From Camelus ferus (lineage: Eukaryota): 64,000 bases of DNA. This document shows positions 1 through 12,880 of this stretch, piece after piece (position 1 is the stretch's first letter; the number at the start of each line of letters is the position of its first letter). A program made the position numbers and the translations under genes. Under the pieces are notes generated by a model. The model was not told the DNA's origin and made no database searches. It saw nothing but the letters and a program-made list of their open reading frames with translations. The DNA is taken from contig NC_045705.1 in assembly GCF_009834535.1 (NCBI RefSeq), forward strand, positions 67,890,001 to 67,954,000, in the 5' to 3' direction.

Positions 1-1260
1 ATAATTTCCCTCTAAGATCAGAGACAAAACAAGGATATCTGCTCTCACCACTGCTTTTCAGTATTGTGCTGGAGTGAAGAAAAAAATAAATGGTATCTAG
101 ATTGGAAACGAAAAGTAGTATTAACTTTCTTCATAGACAGTATGACTGTCTATGTAGAAAGCTGTTGGAATCTACAAAAAGATGGCTGGAACAATTCAGT
201 GGGCTTGCAAGATGGCAGTCATGGATCAGTATCACATTTCTACATACTGCAGCTGACAGTGGTATTGATATTATTAAACAGCACTATTCATAGTAGCATC
301 AGAATATTAAACATGTAGGGATAAATCTAACAAAAGATTGCAAGGCCTACTGAGTGAAAGTTGTAGAACAGCCGAGAGAAGTCAAGTCTGAATAAATGTT
401 TGTAAGCTGGAAGGCAGTATTGTTGAGATGCCAGTCCTCCCCACATTGATCTAGGTTCAGTGCAATCCCAAGCAAAATCATAGCAGGTTTTTTTGATAGC
501 TGTTAACAAGTTGATTTTTAAATTCATATGAAAGTGCAAAGGACCTAGAATACCCAAAACTACTTTCTTAAAGAAAAAGATCAGAGTATTAACATTACCT
601 GATTTCAAGATACAGTAATTACAACAGGAAATAGATTAGGGGGACAGAATAAAGAGCCCAGAAACAGGCCCACACATACAGACATCTGATTTATGGTGGT
701 GGTGCAAAGGAAGTTCACTGGAGGAAGTATAGTCTTTTGAAAAATTAGTGCTGGCATAGTTGGTCGCCTATATGTGTAAAAATGAACTTAGTCCATACCT
801 CTTGCCATGTATACACATTAACTCAAAATGGATCTTAGACCTAAATGTAAAACATGAAACTAGAAAACTTGTACTAGAAAGTCTGTGACCTTGAATTAGG
901 CAAAGATTTCTAAGATACAACACTGAAAGCACTATACATTAAATTATATAATTATATATGTTAAACTTGATCAAAATTAAACACTTCTGTTCTTCAAAGG
1001 ACATTTAATATTAAGAGAATGAAAGGACAGGCACACACTAAGAAAACTTTGCAAATCGTGTATCTGATAAAGGACTTCTATGTAGAGTATATAGAGAACT
1101 CTCAAAACTGTGGTTATAAGAAAAAAGGTAACTCAGTTTTTAAACTAGGCTAAAGATATGGAAAGACACTTGAGAAAAGAAGAGAGGTGGGTGGCAAAAA
1201 AGCACTTAAAAGGAAGCTCAGTGTCCTTGGTCGAGAGGGAAATGCAGTGACACCACCATA
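1..1260 (+). mobile_element. Old L1 (L1M-type) ORF2 3' fragment in a PPP6R3 intron
   Basis: A-rich degenerate L1 ORF2 motifs (GGATATCTGCTCTCACCACTGCTTTTCAGTATTGTGCTGGA; ACATTACCTGATTTCAAGA; AACTCAAAATGGATCTTAGACCTAAATGTAAAAC); no intact ORF. Confidence 0.85.
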
Positions 1261-1499
1261 GGATACCTGCGCACACCCACTGGGAGGCAGGTTTTCAGAC
1301 TGCTATCTGCGTCTTTCAGCAGAGCCCACACGGCAGAGCAGCTGATGCCTTAGGTAGGATTAGGCAGCATGAAGTCTTAACAGTGACAGGCAGATGTGGG
1401 CCAGTGTAATGTTTTTGTTGTTAGATGACCTCAAAAATTTTTTGGATTTAGCTGGTGGCTGATATGCAGCACCAAGTATTTTGGTCCTTTTCTTCTTAG

Positions 1500-1621
1500 C
1501 TCGGGGAGTACAGACAGTGAGGAAAGTACAGACTCAGAAGAAGAAGATGGAGCAAAACAAGACTTGTTCGAGTCTAGCAGTGCCAACACAGAGGATAAAA
1601 TGGAGGTGGACTTGAATGAGC
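1500..1621 (+). CDS. PPP6R3: PPP6R3 internal coding exon ([40 protein letters not shown])
   Basis: TTCTTAG acceptor and GTAAGT donor; 122 nt, phase 2 to phase 1. The acidic translation matches the recalled C-terminal region of PP6 regulatory subunit 3 and splices in frame to the next exon. Confidence 0.96.
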
Positions 1622-1711
1622 GTAAGTTGTACCTTTGCCGCTAGAGCATCTCTGTGGTGTGGCACCCACAGGGTGTTACTCTTTCTCCAGGCTGAGCAGT
1701 ATTCTGGGGTC

Positions 1712-1751
1712 TGTGTGTGTGTGTGTGTGCGTGTGTGCGTGCGCGCGTACA
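1712..1751 (+). repeat. (TG)n/(CG)n alternating purine-pyrimidine microsatellite
   Basis: TGTGTGTGTGTGTGTGTGCGTGTGTGCGTGCGCGCGTACA read directly. Confidence 0.95.
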
Positions 1752-1829
1752 GTTCAGTGGTGTGGCTGTACTCACGTGCAGTAGATCCTCTACAACTTTT
1801 TCTATCTTGCAAAGCTGAAGCTGTACCAT

Positions 1830-2465
1830 TAAACAGCACTCCCATTCCCCTCCCCAGCCCCTGCGACCCCTTCAGGTGCCAGCCACAGGCCGGGGCCTCT
1901 GGTACTTCTGACCAGCTGGCTACAAATTGGGAGTTCCCACGACCTCTTTGGGTTGGATTATCTGCTAGAACTGCTCATAGAATTCAGAGAAGCATTTTAC
2001 TTACTGTTACCAATTTATTACAAACAATACTTTAAAGGACACAAATGAATAGCCAGATGAAGAGATAAATAGGACATGGCCCAGAAGGGTCCTGAGCACA
2101 GGGGCTTTGTCCCTGTGAAGTTTGTGATGTGCCGCATTCTGTTCATCGGGCCCGAGGCTCTGCGGCTCTGCAGTTTGGGATCTTATGGGGGCCTCACTAA
2201 GCAGGCAGGGTTGGTGAAGTCATCTCTACTTCCAGCTCCTCTGTCCTTCCAGAAGGTTTGGGGGAGGGGTGGTAGGGTGGGGTGGAAAGTTCCAACCCTC
2301 TAGTCACTTGGTTGCTGCCCCCCACCACCCCCATGCTGAGACTGCCCAGGAGCCCCCAGCCACCAATCATCTCATTAGCATATGAAAAACCTTGTCACTT
2401 CAAAGATTCCAAGGAGTTGAGGGGGGAAGCAGGGACCAAATGTGTATTTCTTATTAGTCGCAGGA
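1830..2465 (-). mobile_element. MER21-like LTR (reverse orientation)
   Basis: The reverse complement of its right end (TGCGACTAATAAGAAATACACATTTGGTCCC) resembles the MER21 start, and it shares blocks with the + strand copy at ~60.7-61.6 kb. Confidence 0.7.
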
Positions 2466-2981
2466 AGCTTGCTGCTTGTGCTAATAACTGCAGTAGGCTG
2501 CGGGAGGCCAGGGAGCATGTGCATAGGAAATGGGGCAGATGTGGACTGGGAGGCATCAAAGTTGTTTCCAGTTTATTGCAGTTGACTAGCCAGCATACTT
2601 TAAAAAATTAATAAACCTTTTATTTTGGAACAATTTTAGATTGACAGGAAAGTCGCAAAGCTTGTACAGGGAGTGGCTGTGTACCCTTCTTCCGTCTTCC
2701 TCCCAGTGTTAATACAACCTTGGGACCTTTGTCAGAATTAAGAAGTCAATATTAGCATGTTCTATTATGTGTGGCTTTGTATTCTTGTGTGATACCTCTG
2801 TTAAAAAAAAAATCATAAAAAAAGGAATTGCTAAAGGATCAGGAGATAATAGGACAGATGCTATCGAATTGCCTTCCAAGTGATGGTGCCACGTCCATTC
2901 CTCCCAGCAGTGTGTGAGAATGCTTGTGTGACATTGAACTACCGAAGTATTCTCAAAGTGGAATTCCTCTCCTCTTTGTAG

Positions 2982-3135
2982 CACCCAACTGGTCAGCCAA
3001 CTTTGATGTCCCCATGGAGACAACCCACGGTGCTCCCCTAGACTCTGTGGGGTCCGACGTCTGGAGCACAGAGGAGCCGATGCCAACCAAGGAGACAGGC
3101 TGGGCTTCCTTTTCAGAGTTCACATCTTCCCTGAG
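2982..3135 (+). CDS. PPP6R3: PPP6R3 internal coding exon ([50 protein letters not shown])
   Basis: CTCTTTGTAG acceptor and GTGAGC donor; 154 nt, phase 1 to phase 2; explains part of ORF 2924..3139. Confidence 0.97.
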
Positions 3136-4570
3136 GTGAGCACACATGCTAGCTTTCTAACCTTTCCACACGAGAATTGGGGAGGATATCTGTGTACTGT
3201 TGACACCGCTTGTCACCTTGAGTTTTTTCCAAGTTGAATGTAGTGCATTGAACAGGATTGAAAATCAACATGGCAGAGATACCAACACAGCTGGGAGTTG
3301 CAAGAAGAGCAGTTGTCCTCCTCCTTCCTTTGATCCAGGGTGAGCCAGGAAAGGGAGAGACTGCTAACACAGTAGGCTGGGAGGATACAGCCCAGGAAGG
3401 TGATCAGCAGAATGCTGATGAAGGTGGTGTCTTCAGAGCTTGTCTGGTCTCACCCAGCTGTCAGGACAGGATTGGGAACGAGGTGAAGCCAAGTAATTCC
3501 TGACAGGCACCTCTGTGTGGAGTATTACAGAAAAATGCAGGATGCATCTTGAATTTAATAGATAATATAAGCTTGTAGCTAGTCTAGTGCTGTAAATTAA
3601 GGGTTATGACAGCTGTGGCTGTCAGTCTTGATCCTTGTGTTATTCTCGGTGACAGCAACCTGTCATTTCATAATTTTCCAGAATAACATTGTTAGCATTT
3701 GAGTATTAACCATGGATTTCATGTCTTGTTAGGCTTAGTTTGATTTGCTTAACGTTGCTTTATTTTGTCTACTGAAAAAATTAGTCTCTACCACTCCATC
3801 TGAAAGATTTTGTTGCTTTCTTGTTCTAACAAGTGACTTTTTAAACAATCACTGTTGATGGAAAAGATAAAAAGACAAACTATTACGCGTTAATGGTTAC
3901 CGTTGTACATGAACCAGAGAGTATACTCGGCTAAAACCCATGTTGCTTCGTAGCAGCTCTAATAGTGGCAGTAACCTCTCGCTCAGAGGTGAAGGTGAGA
4001 CTGGTGGGAAGCGCCTCCAAAACACTACGAATCATTTCACTGCCTCTGCTCCGGGAGCGGACAGTCACGTTTCCACCTCTCTCTGGCTGAGAGTTGTTGA
4101 AGCAGCTGCCTTCCCTTTACAAACCCCTGTGCACAGGCTGCTTTCTCATGAAGTGGCATTAAGAGGGCCAGGCCCTGTGGGCAGTTTGGCTCGAGGTACT
4201 GAGGATTCTTGTTGAAGATGGCACAGTAGACACGGTTGATGCTGTGCAGTAGGTGCACTGCCGTCCCAGCCCCAGGAGCCTGGCGGTCACGGTGCGCTCG
4301 AGGGGCTGGGAGCATTTGAAACTGTCTAGAAATTTCTAGGAAGTCTCTGTGTTACTGCCCTGCTGGTTTAGCAAAATATTTAGAGATTACCACACTCATT
4401 ACCAGCGCCAGGCTGCTCTCAGTTCTTAGATCTGCGTGTCGTTGGATATTTAACCAACTGCTGATGTCTCCCCAGTGGAATCGGAACTCATTTTCAGAGG
4501 TTTTTTGTGACTAATGGTAACCGACGGCTATTTCCCACTGCTAATATCTGAATTTTCTCTTTTCTAAAAG

Positions 4571-4677
4571 TACAAAAGATTCTTTAAGGAGTAATTCTCC
4601 AGTGGAGATGGAAACCAGCACTGAACCGATGGACCCTCTGACTCCCAGTGTTGCTGCACTGGCAGTCCAGCCAGAAG
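4571..4677 (+). CDS. PPP6R3: PPP6R3 internal coding exon ([35 protein letters not shown])
   Basis: TTTTCTCTTTTCTAAAAG acceptor and GTGGGT donor; 107 nt, phase 2 to phase 1; continues the frame. Confidence 0.95.
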
Positions 4678-5469
4678 GTGGGTGCAGAGACCACCAGGGT
4701 GCCTGGCCTATGGACCGGTCATTTGGTAGTTGTTCAGACTTTAACTTTTGCTTAGTTTTCTAGATCTGAAAAGTTGTCTTTGGCCTCATAGCAGGTTTGT
4801 AAAACTAGACTTGACTCTCAGGCTCAAAGGACCCAGGAAAATAAGATGATGGGTCTGATGTCCACAGGCAACTGATGAAAAGGAATTGTGTATTTAGTCC
4901 AGAACTACACCATGTTGAGTCTAGAAGGGGTTAGGTATCAAAGTTATCATTCAGTCCTCTCAGTGTACAGAAGAGGAAAGATGGTCTTTGCAGTCCCCAG
5001 GGTGAATAAAACCAGAATTAGCCACGTGCATGCCAAGCCCAGCCTGCACCCAGCTCTTCTGTCCCTCAGAGTCTGCTTTGTTGGAGCACGTCTGTGTATC
5101 TGGGCACATTTCAGGCTGTGTGGTTGTTTCTGTGCTTCTCTCCTTTATGAACAGATGAAATGGGCAGGGGTACCCAGTGGCTGTCTTGTTACTTAAAATA
5201 TGCACATTGTTCCTTGCATAGGCCCTGAACCATTTTCCAACCTGATGATTAGGGCTGCGGGAGGTGAGTGGAGTGGAGAAGGGGGTGTTGGTAGTGTGGA
5301 GGGAACAAAGAAGCGAGTCTTTAAAAGAAGAAATGATGCAGCTAGAGGGCACAAGAACCAAGGGGCAGAGAAAAGAACCCAGTAACTAGTAGTTTGTATG
5401 TCACTCTTCTAAACATTCTCTCTGGATGACCTGATCTGTCCCTCAGCAGGTCTCCATAGGTTCAGTCAC

Positions 5470-5585
5470 CCCATTTTGTGGAAAAGAAAACCCAGGCACA
5501 AGTGGGGCACCTTGTCCCAGGGCTCTGAGACTAGTAAGTGGTCAGGCTGGGTTTGAATTTAGGGAATCTGACTTCAGAGCCTAAG
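5470..5585 (+). mobile_element. MIR SINE fragment
   Basis: CCCATTTTGTGGAAAAGAAAACCCAGGCACA...CTAGTAAGTGGTCAGGCTGGGTTTGAATTTAGG...TCTGACTTCAGAGCC matches the MIR core. Confidence 0.65.
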
Positions 5586-6062
5586 CTTATAACCAGTATA
5601 CCCCTCTTATAGAACAAAGACATAATCCACAGGGAACCACGAAAAGGTAACTTGAAAAAAGAGAAAAGAATGGGACCCAAGGGGCACAAGTGATAGGAAA
5701 AGGATGACTGAGAACAGTACACGGATGAACCATGAACAGTACATGGACTGTGGTGGCTGGAGGCTGCAATGTGCAGCCGCCGCCTCTGTCCCGTGCTGGA
5801 GCCAGAGAGCATTAGGAACAGGAAGGTGGGCTGGGAGGAAGGTGGTGGGCTTGTGGGCAGCTGGGGAGACAGGGGCACCCAGGCAGCTTCTCTGCCCTGG
5901 GTCCCTGTGCCCGTCAGTCAGCCCGGGAGCAATAGGTGGGCCATCTCACTTTTCTTCTTCAAGCAGTGGAGGTAACGCTGGGTGGATGGGTCTGCACAGG
6001 ACAGGGGTAACCGTTCTTGTTTGGTTTGGTATACGTGACCATCAGCTGTGTGTGNNNNNNNN

Positions 6063-6213
6063 NNNNNNNNNNNNNNNNNNNNNNNNNNNNNNNNNNNNNN
6101 NNNNNNNNNNNNNNNNNNNNNNNNNNNNNNNNNNNNNNNNNNNNNNNNNNNNNNNNNNNNNNNNNNNNNNNNNNNNNNNNNNNNNNNNNNNNNNAAACTG
6201 CGGTCTTCAAAAG
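6063..6213 (+). CDS. PPP6R3: PPP6R3 coding exon, mostly hidden in N gap 6055-6194 (visible 3' end ...ETAVFK)
   Basis: AAACTGCGGTCTTCAAAAG|GTAACT after the gap translates to TAVFK in phase 2, joining the exon at 11838. The start is estimated from the recalled ~151-nt orthologous exon and is not visible. Confidence 0.8.
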
Positions 6214-6619
6214 GTAACTAGGGGCTCAGTCATCCTGGAGCTTCTGGTTGTTGGGAGGGTGGTGGGCGAGAGGCTGCAAATACTAACGTCTTTAATTTGC
6301 TTCAAATGTGGGTTCAGACATTAGCCTGACATCTTTCTGATATCTTCATTAATTCATTAAATCTTAATGAAGAGATGGAATTTTGATCCCTAAGTTTGCG
6401 TGCTCCTCCTCTTTTATAATGTTCAGAAGACTGTAGTTTAATCTTACAGATTCAAAATACATAAGTATAAAAAATTGACAGGCCTCTAGCCATAATAGGA
6501 ATTGCATTGTATACAGGCCACATAGCCTGGTGCATCTAAACCAGAGGTTCAGTGTTTACAGATCATTTTCTCCAGGCATAATGCAACCAGTAGAATTCAG
6601 TAGCAAAGTGATAGCTTAA

Positions 6620-9560
6620 AAAACGTATTTGGAAATTAACCTCACTTCTAAGTTCATGGGTATCAAAAAAGGAATCATAATGAAAATTTAAAACTTAAAA
6701 CTGAAGGAATAATGAAAAAATTCTATCAGAACCTACAGACTGCAACTAAATCAGTGCTTTGAACTTCGGTCTCCATCTTATATTAGACCCTTTCAGATCA
6801 TGAGAAATAATGGTTCCCAACTTATGAACCAAAAACAAGCAAAGCATGAAAGAAAAATTAATTGTAGGTTAATATCTCATGTATAGGTGTATATGCAGAA
6901 CACTTTAAAGATAAAAGTGAGCAAACCAAATCCAGCAGTGTGTTTTTAAGTCATGACCAAAGATGTTTGACATGAATGTAGGGATGTTGTAACATTGTAA
7001 AGATTATTGAAAGTAATTCATAGGTAAAGGGATGAAAGCCATTTGGACCTTCAGTAGACAGACAGAAAGCATTTGACAAAAAAATAAAGCTGTTCATAAC
7101 TGTTTAGCATCCCAAGAATAGAAAGTAGCTACCTGAAACTGAAGTGTCTACTAAAAATCTGCAGCAGACTTTATTCAGCACTGAAGCATTGGAAATAGTC
7201 CCTTCAAAGACATGACCCAGATTTAGCAAATGTAGCAGAAAATAAAAGTAAATTTAAAGTATAAAGATTTGAAAGAAATAAAATGGTTATTGTTTGTAGA
7301 TTATGGTTTTCTACATAAAAAACTCCCAATTGAATCTATAGGCAAATATTAGAATTACTAAAAAAGTCTGGCAAGTTTACTGGATACAACCACAAAACAG
7401 TTGTGTCTTATAAATCAACACAAGATGTCCTAGGGTAGGCCTCTCCCTTTTTAAAATTAGAATGTTAAAAACCTTGTCTGTAACGCAGGCTGAAAGATAC
7501 AACAAAGGCCTAAATAAATAGGGAGATATGCCATGTTTGCTAATGGGATGATATCTTTGGCATTTCTTAACAAATTAACCTATAAAATGAACATACTTCT
7601 CCACAAAATCCTGATGGAGTTGTTGTTGTTTTTTTTTTTTATGAAGGGGAGATGTTGATTCTGATACTCACAGAGAAGATCAAGGAAAACCAAGAACAGC
7701 CTAGGTCACTTCAAAGAGGAAAGTGAGGGGGTCTTCACCATATTAGGTATCAAGGCTTATTACTGAGGTGATGTGTGTGGCCTTGGCACAGAGTTATACA
7801 CACAGGCCCCTACAGTCACACGAGCTTGATACATGTTAGGATGACATAATTTGAGGAGGGAAGACTGGACTAATAGTGATTATCCATATTAGAGAAAAAT
7901 AAAATTAAATCTCTGTCTTAACATAAGTATGGAAGGCAAAGCTACAGCTTTCAGAAGGCAGCATGAGAGAGGGTCTTTAATGTTGTGGTAAAGGATTTCT
8001 CAACCATAAAAAAGCCAAACCATTAAGGAAAAGACTGGTAAATTTGGCTTTATGTAGTTTCTAGTGTTCCAAAAGATGCCGTGAGATGGAAAGACGAGCC
8101 ATAACCAGCAAAGGAACACGCTGTAGCAGAGCATAGGAAGAGCCTAATGCCAATAAGAAAGAGACAACAATTTAATAATTTTTTTAATGGACAAAGGACA
8201 CAAACAAGTTGCTGTCTGTGGAGGAAAGTAAGGAGCAGGCTAGCTCCAGAGCAGGCCAGCCTCTCAAGTCAGCTGGTGTGTTAGTGACAGTGATGATTCG
8301 GTGCTATTCCGTGCACAGTAATCTACTAACTCCTATCTTAGGTTGTTACAGAAAATGGAAAAAGTACAAAAACTGCCTGGATCTTTTTATGAGGCAGTGA
8401 AATCTTAATTGCAAAACCAGGTAAGTATAATTACAGAAAATGATCAGCTCATGTCACTTACAAGCAAACTAAATGCAAAAATCCTGTATAAAATATTTGC
8501 TATGAACCCAAAGGCTTACTAAAAATAATTCATAATGTTCAGCTAGAGTTTATCGCTGGACTGCAAGGATGGTTCAGTCAGAAAAATCTATCAGTATAAT
8601 TCACCAAATATTAATAGAATGAAGGAAATCATTTGATATTTTTGAAACTTGTGAAAAATTTTTATACCTATATATGATTAAAACTCTGAGCAAAGCAGGA
8701 AGAGAAGTGAGTTTACTTAACTTGGTAAAAGTTAAATACTGGAATACTACAGCAAAAATTATACCTGATGAAGAAATTTTAGATGCGTTCACTTTAATGT
8801 AAGGAACGAATAAGGCTGCCCATTGTCATTGCCACTTGCAGGCAGTTCTGGGCAATGTTAGTAGGAAAGAAAAAGAGGTTTAGGTAATGATGAGACGGGG
8901 AGTGATTTGGAGTTAATAATGATCAACTGCAACCAGGTCAGAAGCAGACTTGTAACTAATAAGAATTCAGCAAAGCTACCAGGTAAGAGAGCAGTTTTAA
9001 AAATCAGTAGCTTTTCTCTACTTCAGTAATAAACAACTAGGGTGTATATATAATAAAAGGAGAAGTACCAGTCACATAATATTTCAAATTGTAAGTTATT
9101 TAGGAAATATCTTAACCCAGATATCTATAGAGAAAACTTGGAAGTGGTAATTACAGCAGCCACAGAAGAAGCTGTGCACAAGGGCAGGCCAGCACACTGA
9201 GCGACGTGCCAGCTCAGTGCTGCAGAGACAGTCGCCGTCACCAAGTTAATCTTTAAGTTTAATGTAGTCCCAGTCACAATTTCAGTTGGATTTCTTTTTT
9301 CAGGGCATTTTTACTGTATTTATTTATTTCACATAAGCCTAGAGCTGATCTGTACTCTTTTCATTGGTGATACTGTTCATCCGAAGACTGAAATATCCAC
9401 TAGCAAACTAACAGAATCACAAAGGCTTTTCACCTTGCAAATTGTGTCCTAAAGTTCATTCAGTAGGACTTTTAAAAGACGTTTGATAAACATGCTCTAA
9501 AGTTCATGTGGAATAAAAAGTTTCCCCAATTGCCTAGAGTACCATAGGAAGATTAGTAAC
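6620..9560 (+). mobile_element. Degenerate L1 ORF2 fragments (L1M-type cluster)
   Basis: A-rich tract with recognisable RT-region motifs (GACAGAAAGCATTTGACAAA; GCAAGGATGGTTCAGT; CAGCAAAGCTACCAGGTA; ATCTTTAAGTTTAATGTAGTCCCAG). Confidence 0.8.
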
Positions 9561-9834
9561 AGGCTGCCCTGGCAGGTACTGGTCAGGCTACAGCGTCAGA
9601 ATAATTAAAGCACAGATAAAGGGGCTGGTGTGATGGGAAAGAGCTCGGTCACAAGACCGGTGGCTTAACAGGTGCTGGGGCAGGAGGTTGGCCCTGTCCA
9701 GGGGAACAGAGGAGACGAGCCATCCAGATGGACTGGAGCCCGACTGTGAAGGCAAGAGCACGTGTGCAGTGCCTGCTGTGTGCCGGCTGCGGTACCACTT
9801 GTCTCACATGTGTCCCCTCGTGTCTTTCTCTCAA

Positions 9835-9945
9835 GCATCCTATAGGATGAGTAGCACGGTTATAATCCCACTTTCCAGAAGAGGAAAATTAAGCACTGGA
9901 GTTAAGTGATGTGGCCAAAGTCTCATGGTAGATAGAAGACAGTGC
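9835..9945 (+). mobile_element. MIR SINE fragment
   Basis: TATAATCCCACTTTCCAGAAGAGGAAAATTAAGCACTGGAGTTAAGTGATGTGGCCAAAGTCTCATGGTAG. Confidence 0.6.
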
Positions 9946-11837
9946 AGTGTATCTTTCTGACCCATGGGTAAAGAAGGACTTTTTTCCAAAACAAAAACAA
10001 AACAACAACAAGCCTCCAAAAGCATAAACCTCATGCAAAGAACAGAATTGGATTACGACAAAGTTAAGAATTTCTGGTTGATAAAGTACTGTAGACAGAA
10101 TTAAGAGGCAGATGGCAAATTGAGGGGGGGAAAGCTCATAGTTCTAAATCAATAAAAAGAAAATTAGCATTTAATAGTCAAACCAATAAGGAAAAGATAG
10201 AAAACCCAAATCACAAAATGGGCAAAAAATATCAACAAGCCGTTTACAGACTAGGAAACCCAAAAGGGCAAAAACAAAACAAAATAGACAAACAAAAAAC
10301 CCAAACCCAGAAACCTAAGAAGAGATACTCAGGACTCACTTGTTATCAGGCACCTCTTGCTAGACTAGTGAGAACTGGAAAGGTGGGTGATGCTGAGTGT
10401 TGGTGGGGCCACAGGAACCGTGTTGCCCTGCTAGCGGGGCAGTTGTTCTGGAGAATGACAGGGAAAGATGACCAGCATTTTCCACTCTGAGGTGCAGAGC
10501 CCTGGGAAGTGCCCGGGCAGGCCCACTGGGGCCGCGGGCAGGGGAGGTGGTTGCAGCGTTGTGCCAGAGGTGTGGGGGAGAGACAGTTTGGTGCTGGTCA
10601 CCGTGGGAGGCTGGAGTTGGGAGGTGCACCCGCACAGGGTGTGTGCCAGGTTGGCAGGAACAATTGCTCTTCCAAACTGCTGTCACAGCGATAAGTACAG
10701 TGAGGTGTGTGATTCGAGGGCTCATTGTGTGTCTCCAAACACACACATATGCATTGACTGTTCATTTCACAAGAGTGAAAGTAGTAACATGTCAGACACA
10801 TCAGGATAGTTGCTCTGGCCGGCAGGGAGCAGAGAAAGGGGATAAAGTCATGAACTAGACTTCAGTTCCTTTTCTTCCTTATAAATTGCCCAGACCCATC
10901 TGAAAGCTGCCGAGAAGTCATCTTGAAGTGAGGTTTTCTGTAAGCAAATCTGGGACCCAACGCTAAGAACGATGGACCATCCAGAAGGGAATCTCTGGCT
11001 GCCCTTAAGCTCAATTTAATGCCATCTTGAATTGTGTCAGAATGGGAAATCCAGACAGAACAGGCAGAAATCTTTTAAGTTTCCAGCCCACAGACAGTTG
11101 AGAGCATTTGCTGTTTGTCTTTCCTCCCAAGAGCCCGCTTAAGGGGAAAAAGCATCCTTTCATGTTTTATTTCCCTGGCCTTTGACCCCTCAGGATTGGT
11201 TTTTATCTCTTTTGGCCGCTGTGGTTGGCTCTCTTTTCCTTCATGGCGTTGTCGGGGGGCCACTTGGGAAGTTCATCCCGGCTCAGGCCGCGCGGCATCT
11301 TGCTCAGGTGGTGCCGGCCAGCAGGCTGCTCGGGTCTGTCCAGCTGACTTCAGATGGTGGGCTTGGCCCTGAAAGCAGGTTGCTCTAACTGAAGACTCGT
11401 TCCTTCAAACAGGTTCATTTGACACCTTCACCGAGTCTGCAGTTTTGCTTATGTGCAGTCATGGACATGTTATTCCCCAAAATACCCCATTTATAGGAGT
11501 ATTCTGAAACTCTTGTACATTTCTTTTTCTGTTTTGCACACTTGGCTTCAGAGTATTGGAATCCTATCGGTATGTACAGCGATGTGGACCGCTCTTTACC
11601 AGACACCAGCCGCGTTGCATCGTCCCTCTTCTGGCTCCCACTTGTGTGTGGTCCTGCCCTTCCATGATCGCCCAGTTGTGTCCGTGGTCCCTGTGATCCC
11701 TCACCTGAGCATGCTCGGCCCCAGGGCTTGGGTCCATGGCCGCCATGACTTCCAGAGCCACCTGCATGTGCCCTCATCCTCTCCCTGGCACTGCTACCTA
11801 GGGCGTCTAATGCTGCCTGCCATCCTCTTTCCTGCAG

Positions 11838-11957
11838 TGAGGAAGGAAAACTGTCTACCTCTCAAGATGCTGCTTGTAAAGATGTGGAGGAGAGCCCTGA
11901 GACGGCAGAGGCGAAGTCTGCGGTCCCTCGGCCCCCCAGCAGTAGTCCGGAGCAGAG
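11838..11957 (+). CDS. PPP6R3: PPP6R3 penultimate coding exon ([39 protein letters not shown])
   Basis: CCTCTTTCCTGCAG acceptor and GTAACT donor; 120 nt, phase 2 to phase 2; matches the recalled orthologue. Confidence 0.96.
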
Positions 11958-12866
11958 GTAACTGCCCACTTCTCAGATCCTGTCTAGGCTCTGCTCTGGC
12001 TTTGGCTTTTGTCTCTGGGGAGCTGGAAGGGAAGTTGGCCTGGATGGGGGCTGGGAGGGAGGAGGGGGTCATTACAGTTGTTCTCAAGCGCTCGTGACTT
12101 TCCTGCACAGGAGTGTTTTCTCAGTTCCCTGTGATAATCGGAGTGACTGAACTGAGCAATTAAGCATAATTCGTCTCCTACTCCAGAAGCTGAAAGCTGG
12201 TTTTTGGAGATTGGATAATGTCGCCGACTCTTTGAGAGATTATTGGGAATGGAAGGGGCTCTCTGGCTGGCATGTCTCCCCTTAGCCGTCCCCCTGTCTA
12301 CTTGATGAGGCACTTAGTTGAGGCTGACATTGAGCCCCTCCACGATCGAGTTCCCATGAAGTCACCCAGCTGCCAGGCACAAGCAAGTCCCGGTGCCCAC
12401 TGTCCCACGGGTGTGTCCATGTGACACGGGGAGAGCACTGTCCTGACGACCTTTTCATACAGGTAGCAAAATGCTCTTAACTCAGGTGATTCCCCCTTTG
12501 GGTTTGTTCAAAAAGTATCTGTTGTCTTGTCTGGGTGAAGTGTCGAAATCCCACCACCAGAGCCAAGATATTTGAAATGTGGTGTCTCTCTAGTCACCTG
12601 CTGAGACTGAGCTGGTGGTCTGAAGGGATAGGCCCAGCCAGAGCCTCAGCCCCCAGTTGCTCCAGACCTTGAGGATTTGCCCTTGGGCCACAGGGACCTT
12701 TGCTCCGCACTACCCAGTATTAACTAGTTTGATTAAGTATATCCAAGCTTGTGCATTCCTTCTATAAGGAATAAAATAACCTTCAAAACCATTTCAGAGA
12801 AGTTGTACTTCCCCCTCACCAGACCCCCCCAGATCTAGGCCTTTAGGGGTACTGAAGCCAGTGGAG

Positions 12867-12880
12867 CCAGCAGGGGGCAC
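12867..12880 (+). promoter_or_regulatory. CTCF-type motif CCAGCAGGGGGCAC
   Basis: Full match to the CCASYAGRKGGCRS core; occupancy cannot be seen from sequence. Confidence 0.55.

Noticed and set aside
4846-4880. C/D-box snoRNA-like ATGATG...CTGA in a PPP6R3 intron
   Set aside because: Box spacing is too short, there is no terminal stem and I recognise no rRNA-complementary guide.
5704-6324. Long ORFs spanning N runs (also 14829-15585, 16042-16486, 56016-56994)
   Set aside because: They stay open only because N codons are not stops.
11453-12097. 214-aa ORF over the PPP6R3 penultimate exon
   Set aside because: It is in a different frame from the spliced exon, has no domain-like features and lies mostly in intron.
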